A DNA stretch of 64,000 bases from Moniliella sp. 'wahieum'. Taxonomy: Eukaryota. A model generated the notes under the pieces. That model saw nothing but the letters and a program-made list of their open reading frames with translations. It did no database searches and was not told the origin of the DNA. The stretch is taken from assembly GCA_003971905.1 (NCBI GenBank), contig RSEE01000060.1, forward strand, positions 248,001 to 312,000, written 5' to 3'. This document shows, in pieces, positions 47,650-60,424 of the stretch (the first letter of the stretch is position 1; each line of letters opens with the position of its first letter). Position numbers and translations under genes: made by a program.

Positions 47650-48181
47650 ACGCGCAAACTGCCGTGCAAACGTAAGGCAGGACGAGGAGGTCAACCACCT
47701 CGCGTTGCTAACCGGAAGAGGATTTGTTGCGTCGATCGCACGTTCCATGTATTGAATAGTCCATGAAGCAATCAACTCAGATGAATCGGGGATGATAGCA
47801 GCAAGTTCGCTTTCCTAGCTGTCAAAAGTATAAACCCTGGACGAAAACGAAGAAAGACGAGAAAACGACGATGGATCGGGTGAAACTTGGTCCTCGACTC
47901 TATAGTACCACCTGCAAAGGTAGTACTGTTAGCGGCGTAGCGATTAGCGCACTTATCCCCCACACCCGTCCTAACCTGCCGTGCATTTTGCCGGCCTAGT
48001 AGCACCACCTATCCTCAACGTTCACGCACGTAGTGTGATATATGAGCTGTAACCAAACCCAACACACTGGGGGGGGGGGGGGGGGGTCGTTTGTATCTTC
48101 GTTTCTGAGCCACCGTAAGTACGCACTAGGACACTGGTCCTACTCATGCTGCAAAATTCCAGTCGAGTTGCACCTCAGGGC

Positions 48182-49759
48182 TCATACATCACTTCCCCTT
48201 CTACAGCGGGGGACGACATCCAAGACCAACCAGGACGCGAATCCCGTGACCAAAATGGCCGTTCCGATCGTCGGGCCCATCCAGCTCGGAACGGGGGTAG
48301 GATGTGTGCAGGCGCCCAAGGGGCAAGGACCAAACCGAGGCTGATCAAGCCGAATATGGCCGCTGCCCAAGTAGGCGCGACAAAGTGATCTTGATCTTGT
48401 TTCCTCTGTAGTGGTTCTCCCTCTGCACAGGGGGTGTGGGCCCAGGCTCAGCTGCGACGTCGTACGGTCGGCGACGGATAAAGTACAGTCCGATGGTGAC
48501 AGCTAGGAAGAAGGCAGAGATAGTGTACCCTTCCACGTCTAGGATCAGGCCATACGCCACTGGTCCCGCAGGCAGGAGGAGTAAGTAGCTAGCTGAGGCA
48601 GCCCAGTGAGTTGCAAGTGCCGCGGCCGGGCGCCGTGGGGCCAAGTGGATAGCAAGACCTTTGGAGCAGTTCCATCGGCACCGAGTTCGCGCAAAACCCG
48701 GCTAGCGGCAAACGAGACGTTGAGCAGTACGCCCAGGGCCGAGACTGCGACGGCGGCGGAAACGCCACGTTGGGCCGCGGGACCAGCGAGCGTGTTGGCA
48801 AACTGGGCGGCGACGGCGATCGTCTGTTTCAATTGGTCGGTCGGGATGGCACTGGCGTACGCTACGTTTACCAGGAGGTACAAGCTCGTGCATAGGCCCA
48901 GTCCACCCATTGATGCCCATACGATCGTCCGACGAGCATCGCGCATTTCGCCAGCAATGTATGCGGCCGAGTTCCAGCCGGCATAGGCGTTGAAGGTACG
49001 GAACAAGGCGGATGTCCAGAGCGAGGGGGCGGTGGCCGTGCCCACCCAGAGTGTGGACCACTGTAAGTTTTTGGACGGGTCCTGCACGCGAGTGTGGCCG
49101 GTCAAGACGGCGATGCCAGCGACGACGATGCCGGAGAGAATGGCGACTTTGAGAGCGGCGACCGAGTCCATGAGTCGGACGCCCCAGCGCGGAGCGAGCG
49201 AGTGGAGCAGGATCACACTGCTCAGCGCGCCGAGCGCGACGAACTTGTGTTGCCACGCAGACATGTGTGCGCCAACGGCGGCTTCTACGTTGGTGGCCAA
49301 GATAATCGCCGTGGACGGGGTGCCAGGGATGAGGAGGGCGCGAATGGCAAATACACGTGCGGCCATTCTGCGCGGCCAAGGATACGCTCGTTGCAGATAC
49401 ACTTTTTCCCCACCATTTTGGGGGAAGCGAGTGGCCCATTCGAGCCAGACAAACAGCCCACAGAACGCGCCCACGCCACCCACCAGCCAACAGAGCAACG
49501 CCCCGCCCAACGAGCCGACCGATGCGACGATCGGGCCGGGCGTGCTGAAGATGCCGGTGCCAATGATGCGGCCGACAACGAGGGCAAGCGCGCTCCCGAG
49601 GCCAAGGGTCTCGGTGGGCCGATGCGGCACGATAGGTACGTCCGACCCGGCCGCATCGTCCACCGTGGTGGGCGGCGTGACGGCCAGGGCACCATACCGG
49701 TTTGGATACCGCCCGGGCGGCTTGGTGTGCAGCGGAGCCTGCTCGTCGGGGGACGCCAT
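48182..49759 (-). CDS. APC-superfamily amino-acid permease, LAT/Mup1-like (3' end approximate)
   Basis: LVVGRIIGTGIFSTPG, SVGSLGGALLCWLVG, PQNGGEKVYLQRAYPWP, AYAGWNSAAYIAGEM, LYLLVNVAY, SRVLRELG, with many TM segments. Confidence 0.9.
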
Positions 49760-50587
49760 GGCGGTGGGATGGGGAAGGAGGCGTGCGGGAGGGCGCGGGC
49801 GAGGGGATGGATGGTGTGGGCGTCGGGCGGGGCGAGACAGGAGAAGCGGTGGGTGGCCGTCCGCCATCAGCCATCAGCCGTCGGCCATGGCTAATCAAGG
49901 CGTGCTTCCGACGGCGATCGATTGATAAGACCCAAGGGTGAACAATTGAAAGCGGAGCAAAAAAAGTGACTACGCCCAGAATCGAACTGAGAATAACAGA
50001 GCTCAGGAGCTGTACGATCGTGAAGCCACAATCTGTCGTGATACCTTTTCACCACGTAATCCTTGCGGACGCCTTTGTCTGTCGGCCAAGGCAAGACAGG
50101 AGATGGCCGTGGGTACGTGCTAACGCAGGGCGCCTTGGTATAACACCAGCCCTGCCCCTGGACAATAGATTGGGTGGCAAGTGGATGAGCGCTGAGCAAA
50201 TGGGCCAGTCCTGGGCACTCCGACGGAGCCAGCAATGGGGGTTGGTGGATGGACGCTTATCGATTAGTGATTATCGATTGCGACCCGCAGCTATCGATTA
50301 TCGCAGCGCTGACGTCAGCGGGGTGCTGCAGCGGACCGCGGCGGAATGGGCGGGGGGCGGGCGGAAGGCGGCGGTCTGTGCGCCTGGCTACGGGGGCAGT
50401 GTGCGTGGCGGCTGCGCTGGCTCTGGCTAGCAGAGGCTGCGCTGAGCCTGAGCGCTCACCAGGCGGGCGCTGCGCTGGGGCTGCCTCCCCCCCTCGCCTC
50501 TCTCCTCTCCCCCCACCATCTGGAGTAGACTGCTAGTCCTCCCCTCCCGTCCCCGTTCCTCCTCCTTTTCGTTTCCCCTTTCCCGCC

Positions 50588-51853
50588 ATGCCGCCGCAAG
50601 TCTTCCATCTGTCCTTCAGCCCGCTCACCGCGCACGCGTTCAATGCCGACCGGAGCCGCGTGGCCGTGTGCGAGAACACGAGCGACGTGGTGATCTACCG
50701 CCGAGCGTCGACGGCGAGTGGGTGGGAGCGCGAAGCGACGTTGACCGAGCACGATAAGCTCGTTACGTCCATTGACTGGGCGCCCGTATCGGACCGTCTG
50801 GTGACGTGTTCCCAAGACCGCAATGCGTACGTGTGGCAGCAAGTTGGTGGTGAGTGGCAGCCGACGTTGGTGCTACTGCGGCATCAACCGGGCAGCGACG
50901 ATGGTGCGTTGGTCGCCTAAGGAAGATAAGTTTGCCGTTGCGACAGGTGCGCGCGTAGTGGCCATCTGTTCGTTTGAAGAGGACAACGATTGGTGGGTGG
51001 CCAAGCACCTGAAGAAACCGTTACGGAGCACCGTGCTGTCCTTGGACTGGCACCCGAACAATGTCTTGTCTCGTCACGGGCAGTGCGGATATGCGTACGC
51101 GCGTCTTTTCTGCCTTTATCAAGGGTGTGGATGCGCGTCCGGCAGCGAGTGTGTGGGGCGAACGTCTGCCCTTTGGCACGCTGTGCGGTGAGTTCACCAC
51201 CCCAGCTGGCGATGGGTGCATGGAGTCGCATTTAGTCCGTCGGGTAACGCGATTGCGTTTGTGGGTCACGATGCGAGCTTGACGGTGGTGTACCCTTCTG
51301 GACCGGACAGTGCGCCGCACGCGGTGCACACGTTACGTTTCCCCACCCTGCCGCACGTGGCGCTCACGTTTATCCGGAAGATGCGCTGGTGGCAGCGGGC
51401 CACGGGTGCCAGCCTATCCTATTTGAAGGCTCGGTGGAAGGATGGAAGGCGTCCAAGACGTTAGATGCGGCAGGTGCGTTGGCTGGCAAGGCTCCGCCTC
51501 CGCCTCCGCCTCCGAAACCGTCGGGTCTGGCCTCGGGCGGCGTCGGACGACTGAACACGGCTGCCTTTGCCCGGTTCCGCGCCGCTGACGTCCAGGGCAC
51601 ACCGACTCCCGGTAGTGGCGCTGCGGCTTCGGCTGGCGCGCTGCGGTTGGGCGCCGTGCCAGGTGCGAGTGTCGGTGCCGATGGCGAGTTGCACACCACC
51701 CACCAGAACACCATTACTTCTGTTCGTCCCTACGAAGGGGAGCCGGGCAACGTGACGGCCGTCTCGACCTCGGGCGTGGATGGGCGTCTGTGTGTGTTCC
51801 CGACCAACGCCGGTGCGCCGCTGAGCAAGGCGCTCCAAGGTCTGCGGATCTAA
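50588..51853 (+). CDS. ARC40: Arp2/3 complex subunit 1 (p41, WD40)
   Basis: [121 protein letters not shown]. Confidence 0.97.
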
Positions 51854-52186
51854 CCGCTGAGCGTCGCTCCTGCTGTCCTGCACACACTGCACTGCCTCGA
51901 TTGCGCCAGCCCGCCGCAAGAGACGGAATCAACAACATTAGAGCCTAGAGCCTATTACATGGACTCGTTGTGTTCCCTACGTAAGTGGGTCCATATACCA
52001 TAGCAAATGAGCGCAATGAGCCTCATCACGCAGTACGATAATCAAACAGAGAGATTGAAAATGGTGCGTAGTGGAGCGCTCAGCGCCCAGTGAGGCCTGA
52101 AGCTCCGTAGAAGGGCGCGAGGGGGGGTAGTAAAGAAGGGGGTACAAGAAACAAAAAAAAATACCAAGTACAGGAGGAGGAGGAGG

Positions 52187-54565
52187 TTAGCAAGAGGTCT
52201 GAGCCAGGCCGTCGAGGCCGAGCGCGACAGCGAGGATGACATTGGTAAATTCATCAGCGTGGGAAAACACGTCCATCAAGGGCGCGCCGTCGTTCATGTA
52301 AGTACGTGCACGCAGTAAGTCACGGAGCGTCGGTAACCGATCTGCCGTCTCGGCCGGTTCACCCAATTGGACCAAGGCATCTGTCGCGCGCGTGCGAGCG
52401 GCCATATAGGCGCGTACCCAATCGGTCTCCGTAGTCACATTGAACGTTTGGTCGTCTGCTGGCAAGCCCACGTCCAGGACCAAGTCCGATCCGGCCAGGG
52501 CGACCTGCAGACCCTCCACGCCTTCGCGGAGGCGTTGCAGAACAAGGAGGGTGTACGAGGCAAAGAGAATGCGTCGCATCGACTCGAGCAAGCCCCAGCC
52601 TTCAAAGCTCATTTCAGGTTGCGCGTTGCGTATCCGCATCTGGGCGCGTTGGCGGTCCATGTCCCGGACGCGGATGGACAAGGACGAAGCGAGCGTCGAG
52701 AGCGCATGCAAGCCCGTGTTGACCGCATGATCGTCGATCGATTCGGCCGCGACCGGTTCTTCAGTGAGGAGAGCCAGGACGAGGTAGAGCCACAAGGCGG
52801 CGGTAGAGGCAAACAGGTTCATGTCATCGCCCGCTGCGGTTTGGGGAGCGGAACGAATGAGGTTGTGCAATTCACGAGCAATGTTGACCCATACTGTGGG
52901 CAGGCTGGCCGGGAGACGCACAAGGTACCCGGCTAGCACGCTGCGGGCAATAGCGAGGCTCGCAGGGAGTGCGACGCGTACGCGCGCGAGCCAAGGTCGA
53001 AAGACAAAGGGGGGCACAGGGGAAGTGGGTTCGGGCAAGACCATGAGGGTGGGGTAGGTAATCAGCTGAGCTGCAGCTGCTCGTGCCAAGTTCTCAGGAA
53101 GGTCTTGCACATCTTGAATCCCATGTTGCCAGATGTGCCGAGCCACGGCCGCGGTCTGGGCTTGCGGGTCGTCCATCTCCCCGCCGCCAGGTTGCGGGGG
53201 TTGCGGGGGTTGGGCAGGCTGGGCCGATGGGGTGGAAGTAGAGGTGGAGGTAACGACGAGTTGGGGGACAGACTTGGTACTGTTCTCGTTCGTTCTGGAC
53301 CGTACGCGGGGGGATGTCTTGCTCTTGCGCGGGCTCCGTCGTCTCGGTAGGTGGAAGAGGGTCCAGTGGAGGTTCCAATGCCGATGGGAGGGGGAAGGTG
53401 AATGCGGCGCCGAGAGACTCGCGAAGGGCCGAAAAGGGTCCGAGGCCCTGAATGGGCGAGGGAATAACGGGTTCAGCAAGCCAGCTTTGCGTGGCGTCCA
53501 GCAAGGCACTGGGCACTTGCAACGCATTGCTGCGGGCGGAAAAAGGGCCTGGGGTCAAGCCCGTGCTGGTTGGTGGCAAGGCACCTGAGCCCGTGACGAT
53601 AGGGGCCAGCTTGGGGCGCGATCCGGATCCGCTGCGGACAGGGTAGGGGCGTCCGGACGACGGAGCAGGTGCCTCGACGGGCGGAAGGACGACCATGGGG
53701 GAAGGAGAGAGGATATGCGAGGCGGTAATAAGAGAATCCAGCTTGGGAGTTGCGCCATTCTGGTGGGCGGGCAAGGGTTGGGTGCGGACATGGTCGATGG
53801 CCATGCGCGTGGGAGGCGTCGGATCGGCGTCATCGGGCGCGTACCGTGCCGGGGGCGGGTACCAACTGTTGGACGGGGCCGAGCCCCAGGTGTACTCGCG
53901 CGCCGGTTCGGCCCAGTTCTGGACTGGGACTTGGGCAGGGGCAGGAACAGGGGCAGGGACAGAGGGTGGGGCATGGACAGGCGCAGGCAGCTCGGCTGGC
54001 GGTTCGGGCGAGTAGAAGGAGCTGGTGGAGTGCGAGTCGTCGCTATCGTGCGTGCGGCGCGAGCGCGAAGCGTGGGTCGGCACGTTGGAAAGCGCGCGGG
54101 CACGGCCAGGAGCAGGAGCAGGGCCCGAGGCGGGCGTTCTGCTTCCTCGGTCGCGGGCGGTGATCGCGTCGGCGCGCTTGGCGCCCATCGAGTTGCGCGC
54201 ATACACCTGCGGGGAGAAGGTCAGGGGGAGGGGGGGGGAGAGGGAGGCGGGGCGAGGGGCGAGGGCAAGGGGACGCACACATTGCTTGTTCTTCTTGCGG
54301 CAGCGGCTGCAGGGGAACTCGAGGTCGCAGCGGGCCTTGGAGCGGGAGCACTCGTTGCATGACTTTTGGCGCGGCAGGCGCGGGGCGGCGGCGGCGCGTT
54401 GCTCGCGGGCGAGATGGCGGCGCAGCAGGTCTTCGCGCCCAAATGCCTTGCCGCAGTTGGGGCAGGGGAAGCCGGGGGCGGTGGTGGCGGCACTGGCGGT
54501 GGTGGCGGCACTGGCGGTGGTGGTGGTGGCCGCGGCGGGGGGCGGTCGGTGGCGAGCTCGGCCAT
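52187..54565 (-). CDS. Fungal transcription factor with C2H2-like finger plus Zn(II)2Cys6 cluster
   Basis: FPCPNCGKAFGREDLLRRH, then SCNECSRSKARCDLEFPCSRCRKKNKQC; intron 54207-54278; C-terminal region with WGLLESMRRILF (fungal TF 'W..ES.RR' motif). Confidence 0.88.
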
Positions 54566-54826
54566 GGGGGGCGGGCGGCGGGCGGGGCGCGGGCGATGGC
54601 GGCGGGGGCCGTGGGGATGGGCGATGCGGGCGACGCAGGGCAGCAGCATCCCCGCGCCCGCCTCGCATGGCTGTTGCTGGGCATCCCAACGCAGTCGAGC
54701 CAGCGCGCTGAGCTAAGCGCCCCGCCCGCCCGCCCGCACGGCGCCACCCTCCGCCGCTCGCCCAGCACCGCGGGGGTCCGACGCTGGGTTGCGGCTGCCG
54801 GGTACCCTGGCTGCTAACAAAACATT

Positions 54827-57500
54827 TCATTTCGACTTGTCGAGGCGGTTGCGGGACCAGCTGAGCCGCTGGCGCAGGACGCCGTCGAGGATCAGCTCGG
54901 CGTTCCACACCGCCACGTCGGCCCATCCGCCCCACGCCTTGGCGTCCTCCGCCGACGACACCACGTGGTGCGTCGTCCCCGCCGCCCGCACCGCCGCTGC
55001 CGCCGCGTCCATCGCGACTCCGCTCGGCGCCTGCCCCCCCGCCGCCCGCACGATCGCCCGCAGGATCCGCGCCCGCGGCCGCACACGCGGGGTAAAGTAG
55101 AACGTGTGCCCGGCCAGCACGCCGCGCCCGGCCGCCCGCCGCGCCCCAGCACCCGCCGCTTCAGCCCCGCTCCCGCTCGCCCACCCGGTCGCGCAGGGGG
55201 TAGGACGCTGGCGGGAGCACGCGGTGGGTTTGCGCGCTGAGCACGGCCCAGTCGGGCGTAACAATGTGCATCCCGCGCGCAATCGCACACAGCATCTTTT
55301 CCGTCCGCGTCAGTGTAGCCGCCACCAACACACTCGTCTTTTCCGACACGGTTGCTGCACGGTGCCAGCCCAGCTGGCCCAGCGTCTCTTCCTGCATCGG
55401 TGTCAGGTCGAGCCCGGTGGTGACATAGTACTGTGCCTCAGTTGGCGCGCTCGTCCGCGTGCGCATCCCTGGCGACCCTATCTCAGCTTGCCATCGCGCC
55501 ATCCGCTGCGGCGTGGTGCCCAGCACGCTCATCACACTCACCGACGTCTCCACCGTGCGGACGAGGGGAGAGCGCGCGCCCTGGTCCCCTTCCAACTCAC
55601 AAGAATGAGAGGAACGATGGCGCGTCCGCTTGCGCGTCGTTGGATCCGAGGCGCTGCTTGTGCTTCTTTCCGCCTGTCGCTTCGGGGAACCGGAACGAGA
55701 ACGAGACCGGGAGCCAGAACGGGTGCGAGACCGGGATCCAGACCGGGGATGGGAGCTTAGTCTACGCCGTCGGTTCTCAATCTTTGTATTCCAGCTTGGC
55801 CGAGCGAGTCGTGTGCCTGTTGCACGCACTGCGCCACGGCGGGCGGGAGGACGGGTCCTCCGACGCGCTGGACGGTCGCCGGCGCGGGAGGGGGAGCAAA
55901 GTGCTCGAACTTGGGTAGGGCGTGAGTCTGCACGCATCGTTGCAGCCATTCATACGTGACGACCGGTACGCCCCACGCGTGGGCATGAGCGACCTTGGGT
56001 CCCTGTGTACTGGCCGACACCAGCAACGCGTTTTCCCTCGTCAGTTCGGGGGTCCATGTGCGTGGGCGAGACGGACAAGCGTCTTGAGGTACTGCCGCAT
56101 GGGTCCTGTGTACCCACTAAAGCTGATAGGCGATGGCATCTGGTCCACTGCGCTCGAAGCGGGGGGAAGTGGAGGATGCTTTGTTGGGGTTCAGTGGGGT
56201 GGAGAAAGCTGGCGTCCCAGAGCCAGAGGAAAGTGGCGATCCGTTTGGATTGATGCAAGGCCGCGAGGCGGTAGGGCTATCGCGCGTCTGGCAAATCACC
56301 ACGTCTGCCTGGTCCACGCGTGAGGTGAAGGGGGCACCCACACCCCGCCTTGCGCCTGCACGTGGTGTGCCACCATCGCGATCGCACGGGGAGAAAGCGC
56401 GTTGGCCTCAGCGACGAGGATCCTGAGTCCAGCCAAGCAGGGCCGGTTCCAATTGATCTCCCTCCTGCCCTTGGGTGGCGGGAGAAAGCGCCGGTCCACG
56501 TCTGAATCGGACTGGGGTGGGGGAGGAAGAGTAAGGGGTGCAATGCAACTATCTTCATACGCGAGGGAAGCTGGTCCTTCCCCCCCTTCAAGAGACCATC
56601 GGAACAGCTTGGAGTCAGCGAGGCGGTGGGACTTGACAGACTCGTACACCCACGCCGGATGGACAGGCTCGATTCTCGCTTGCATCGAGTCGGACTGGCA
56701 CAGCGCCTTGAGCTTGCCCGACTCGAGCGTTGGGCTGAGCAGATGGGTAACTTCCTTGGTGAGAGACGTGCGATATGTGCCGCCCAGCGCGGTGACCAAC
56801 GAGATCACCAGTTCGCTCTCCACCCCGTCCATGTGGCTCAGGTGCACACCACACCGCTAAAGATGCGATCTGGGTCAGGGGAGAAGTAGCGCTCGGATTG
56901 GCGGGTGCCTAGTGCGTCGGAGCGGTACATCCACATCGGCTGCGTTTCCTATTAGTATTTGGGACTTTCTCGCACGCAAGCCGCAAGCGCGCGGGGGGGG
57001 CGGGGGGGAGCAGGAGAGTGGACAGGGGAGGGGACGTACAGAGACCAGAGTAGCGTGCTGAAGGTCGTGTACGGCCACTACTCCATCTGCTTGAGGGTGG
57101 CAACAGCCTCGTACTCGGGTATGTCCAGCGATGAGGTCACGACATGAGTCACGAGGCTAGGGTCGAAGCGCCACGTAGCCAGCACCCTCTCTCCCGCGCG
57201 TTTCCTCCACCAGGGGACAGGAACCCACTCACGAGCCCACCGCGGTTGAGGATGCTGCGCAACTGGATCGGAGTCAGGACAGGGCCAGAAGGGTGGGTGT
57301 GTGTGGTGTGTGGGGGGGGGGGCTTACCTTGTCATGCTCCGGGGCAAGGTCAGGGTCGAGAAAGTAGATGAAGGGATCAAAGTCAGGGCCGGCCGGGGCG
57401 GGGGGGGCGGCGGGGGCGGCGGGGGCAGACGCCGTGTGCAGGAGGGGGACGGGGGGTCGGTAGAGTCGGGGTCAGCGGGGGGCTTTTTGCGGTGCGGCAT
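54827..57500 (-). CDS. Multi-BRCT DNA-damage scaffold, Rtt107/Brc1-like (introns, frameshifts)
   Basis: Repeated BRCT motifs: ALGGTYRTSLTKEVTHLL...VHPAWVYES; GPKVAHAHAWGVPVVTYEWLQRC; LTRTEKMLCAIARGMHIVTPDW...YPLRD; C-terminal ELILDGVLRQRL. Intron 57263-57327. Confidence 0.83.
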
Positions 57501-57916
57501 GGCGCTGCTGAAGGTGCCGGTGGGGATGGGGATGAGGATGGTGGCGAACGTGTGCCTACCCGCGCTTGGCAGACACGAAGCACGCTGGAAGAACGCGCCC
57601 CCAGCGCGAAAAGCTGACCCCTGGACGCGAAGCGATCCACCCGAATGCGTAGCATCACCAGGCGATCGATGATCTGTGGTGTCGACGACCGATCCGATGA
57701 TCAACATGATCAACCCTATGGCCGAAGGCCTAATGGCACCTACTTTATCTACTACTGGGATGCAATTTTTTACCTTGATCGCCAGACCAACCACCACCTC
57801 CAGCCTCGCATCCATCGTGTCCCCACGCACTGCCACCATCGGCACTGCGCACCTCAACGCCCGCGCACGGCGGCGTGAGCATGTGCAGGCCGAAGCGCTG
57901 CCCCCGTCGGCCGCGC

Positions 57917-59804
57917 TCAGGCAGTGGAAAGCGGCTTGTTACGGAGCCAGTGGGAGAAGAGGTCCAGCGCGGCTTGGGGCGCATCAAACGGGACCATGTG
58001 CCTGCGTTCCATACATTGACATAGGCCAAATCGCCAAACGACTGGTTCCCCTCTTGTGGCTTGCGGCGCGTACCGTGCCCACTGACTTTCCTCCCACTTG
58101 CCACTCCTTCTCGTCGTTGCGCGCATACTCTTCCTGCAGCACCGAGGGCAAGTTGACTACCCACCGCTCGTTCCCAATTGCCGAGCACATCGCGTCGGTC
58201 ACGCCGGCATAGATCAACACCCGCACCCCATCCTCCACAATGGCAGCAACAGTTCGGACGCATCGTGCATACTGTCCCCGTGCAGGAGGAAGGCGCCATT
58301 GACCTTCGTGTTGCAGCTCTGGAACTCGACCGAGTCCGGCACGCCGAGCGATGCCTTGACGCCCGGGAGGTTGAGGTAGGACTGCACGTACTCCATTTCC
58401 TTGTAACACAGTGGGCCATCCTTTTCGGGTGAGCGGATCGCACGAGCGCCGGACATCGTACAGGTTCAGTCCTGTCTGCTGCAGCGGCGAGTAGAGTCCG
58501 GCCCAACAGACCAACGCCGCTGGCGTGCAAATCAACGGCGAGTCGTACTTGTAGCACTGTTGGATCAGCATGGCAACGCTCCGCCTTAGTGGCCAAGTCG
58601 GAACAGGTCTCGCTGTCGGGATCAAACATGTGGTACTTGTTGTCTGCTCCACAGGCAAAGTCGACCACCGCAGGGAACTGAATCGCCGGTGCCGTCAACC
58701 CATTACCAATGATTACGCTCTCGAGCTTGATCAGCAGCGGCTGGGGCGTAGTCGTAGTCACCGAAGTGGCCGCATCCAACTCTTGGTTCTTTTTCCAAAT
58801 GTAGTTGCTAAAGTGGGGGGCGTAGATCCCCGTACGACTCGGCGGCGATACTAAAGTCAGCGTGGCGTAGTGAGGGAACTTGGCAAAGAAGAGCTGGAGA
58901 AACGCGTACACGTCCACCGCCTCGGGAGTATTGTTAATCACACCCGGCTCGTCACTGTACGAATAGCCCACGCCGTTGCGGGTTGGTCGAGGAAGATCAT
59001 GTTGGCCACATTGGTCCAGGAGTGGGGGTTGTCCTCCACCCTGTCTCGTTAGCAATCCGGCAAGGGCCCAATTCAAATAACAGTCCGGTCGAACTGGAAC
59101 AGCCAGGACCCCCGTTTAGCCATAGCTGTGGAGGAGAGCATGAGAGTTAGCTTGATGTTGTCTCATCTGTCCAAAACGCAGATCTAAGGAGACGTACCAC
59201 CAGCGGGTCCGATCCAGGCTTTCCACGCGACTCGAAAAAAATAAACCAGAGATGACGATTCCGAGACATCAAGGTAGCCCGAGACGGACTTGACGTTGGG
59301 GTCGCAAAGGCGCCACTGCCCTTGCGTGCAACACGGCCTCCTTGGTCGCGTCGGGGAGGTGTTGATGCCGTTCGGTCGGTCGTGATGCGCAAAGCGTAGT
59401 CTGGGAAGAGCGGGTGGAGGATTTGGTTGTACACACATTCCCACCTGCGTCTGGCCCTGGACAATGAACCCCGATGGTACGCGCTGGGCCTGGCCCAACT
59501 TCGAGGCCATCGTGAGCCAGTTCTTTGGCCGAGGCGGACTGCATCGTGGGAGCGTGCATCTGCCCAATCCGAGCCATCATCTCAGCGAACTCTTCTGCCT
59601 GCTGAGGCCGGGCGGGAAAAGTCGGGCCGGCCAAGGCTGGAGGCGGTGGCGAACCCGGATGAGGCAGAGGAGCCAACGGCGGGACGGCGTCCAGGTCCCA
59701 GACCATGTTGCCAGGGCATCGAGTTCGATCTGGCGATTGTTGTGCAGGGGCGACGCAGAAACCAGGGCCGCACAGACCAGCAGGACGAGCTGAGACGCGA
59801 GCAT
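57917..59804 (-). CDS. Serine carboxypeptidase S10 (carboxypeptidase Y-like) precursor
   Basis: Signal peptide [42 protein letters not shown], intron 59126-59197, [63 protein letters not shown]. Confidence 0.95.
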
Positions 59805-59907
59805 CGTAGGGACGGAGGAGGCGGAGGGGGGTGGAGAGGAGGGGTATGGAGAGGACGGGGGATGGAGAGGACGGGGGATAGCGAGAAGGGGCTGCGCTCT
59901 GGGAACC

Positions 59908-59916
59908 ATATATATA
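59908..59916 (-). promoter_or_regulatory. Candidate TATA box of the carboxypeptidase gene
   Basis: Isolated TATATATAT in GC-rich context about 105 bp upstream of the ATG at 59804. Confidence 0.55.
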
Positions 59917-60321
59917 CGCTGCCGATTGTAGCGCCTGGCGGTTCGGTGGCGGGCTGAGCTAGCTGTCACATGTCAGGCCGACGCACTGACGGCCGACGGC
60001 GGTGTGAGGAGGCATAGGACCAGTGTGCGGATTGGGGGTGCACGATGGTGCACGGACGACAACCCTAGTCCCCTGCATGCTATGCTATCTATTAGAACAC
60101 CACCAGCTATCGCCTAGATCACCTATCGACCTGCCGACGATTGCGATCACTAAGTTTTCCATTGCCGCCCGCTCAATATCAAAATGTCAAGCGATCAAGC
60201 GATCTATTGAATCCGCGCTACCGGTTCCCAGCCCTCCAACAGATCTCGGGCAGGAGCGTTCGCTATGCGGATTCCTTTGCCCGGGGGAGAAGGGGTGGGA
60301 GTGGGGGGCGAAGATGAACCT

Positions 60322-60424
60322 GATGAAGTCGATGAAGGCTTTTCACAGATGAAGTCGATGAAGGCTTTCACAGATGAAGTCGATGAAGGCTTTTCACAGA
60401 TGAAGTCGATGAAGGCTTTTCACA
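60322..60424. repeat. 26-bp minisatellite (GATGAAGTCGATGAAGGCTTTTCACA)x4
   Basis: Four head-to-tail copies with no spacers; copy 2 lacks one T. Confidence 0.95.

Noticed and set aside
48702..49925. Long alternative-frame and antisense ORFs over the permease (and similar ones over other GC-rich genes)
   Set aside because: Shadow ORFs are expected from high GC3 and stop-codon scarcity, and they carry no independent motifs.
45732..54565. Metabolic gene cluster (MCC-beta + permease + TF)
   Set aside because: No MCC-alpha, isovaleryl-CoA dehydrogenase or biosynthetic backbone gene in the window, and ARC40 interrupts the group.
60322..60424. Possible CRISPR array
   Set aside because: The repeats are contiguous with no unique spacers, there are no cas genes, and the context is eukaryotic.
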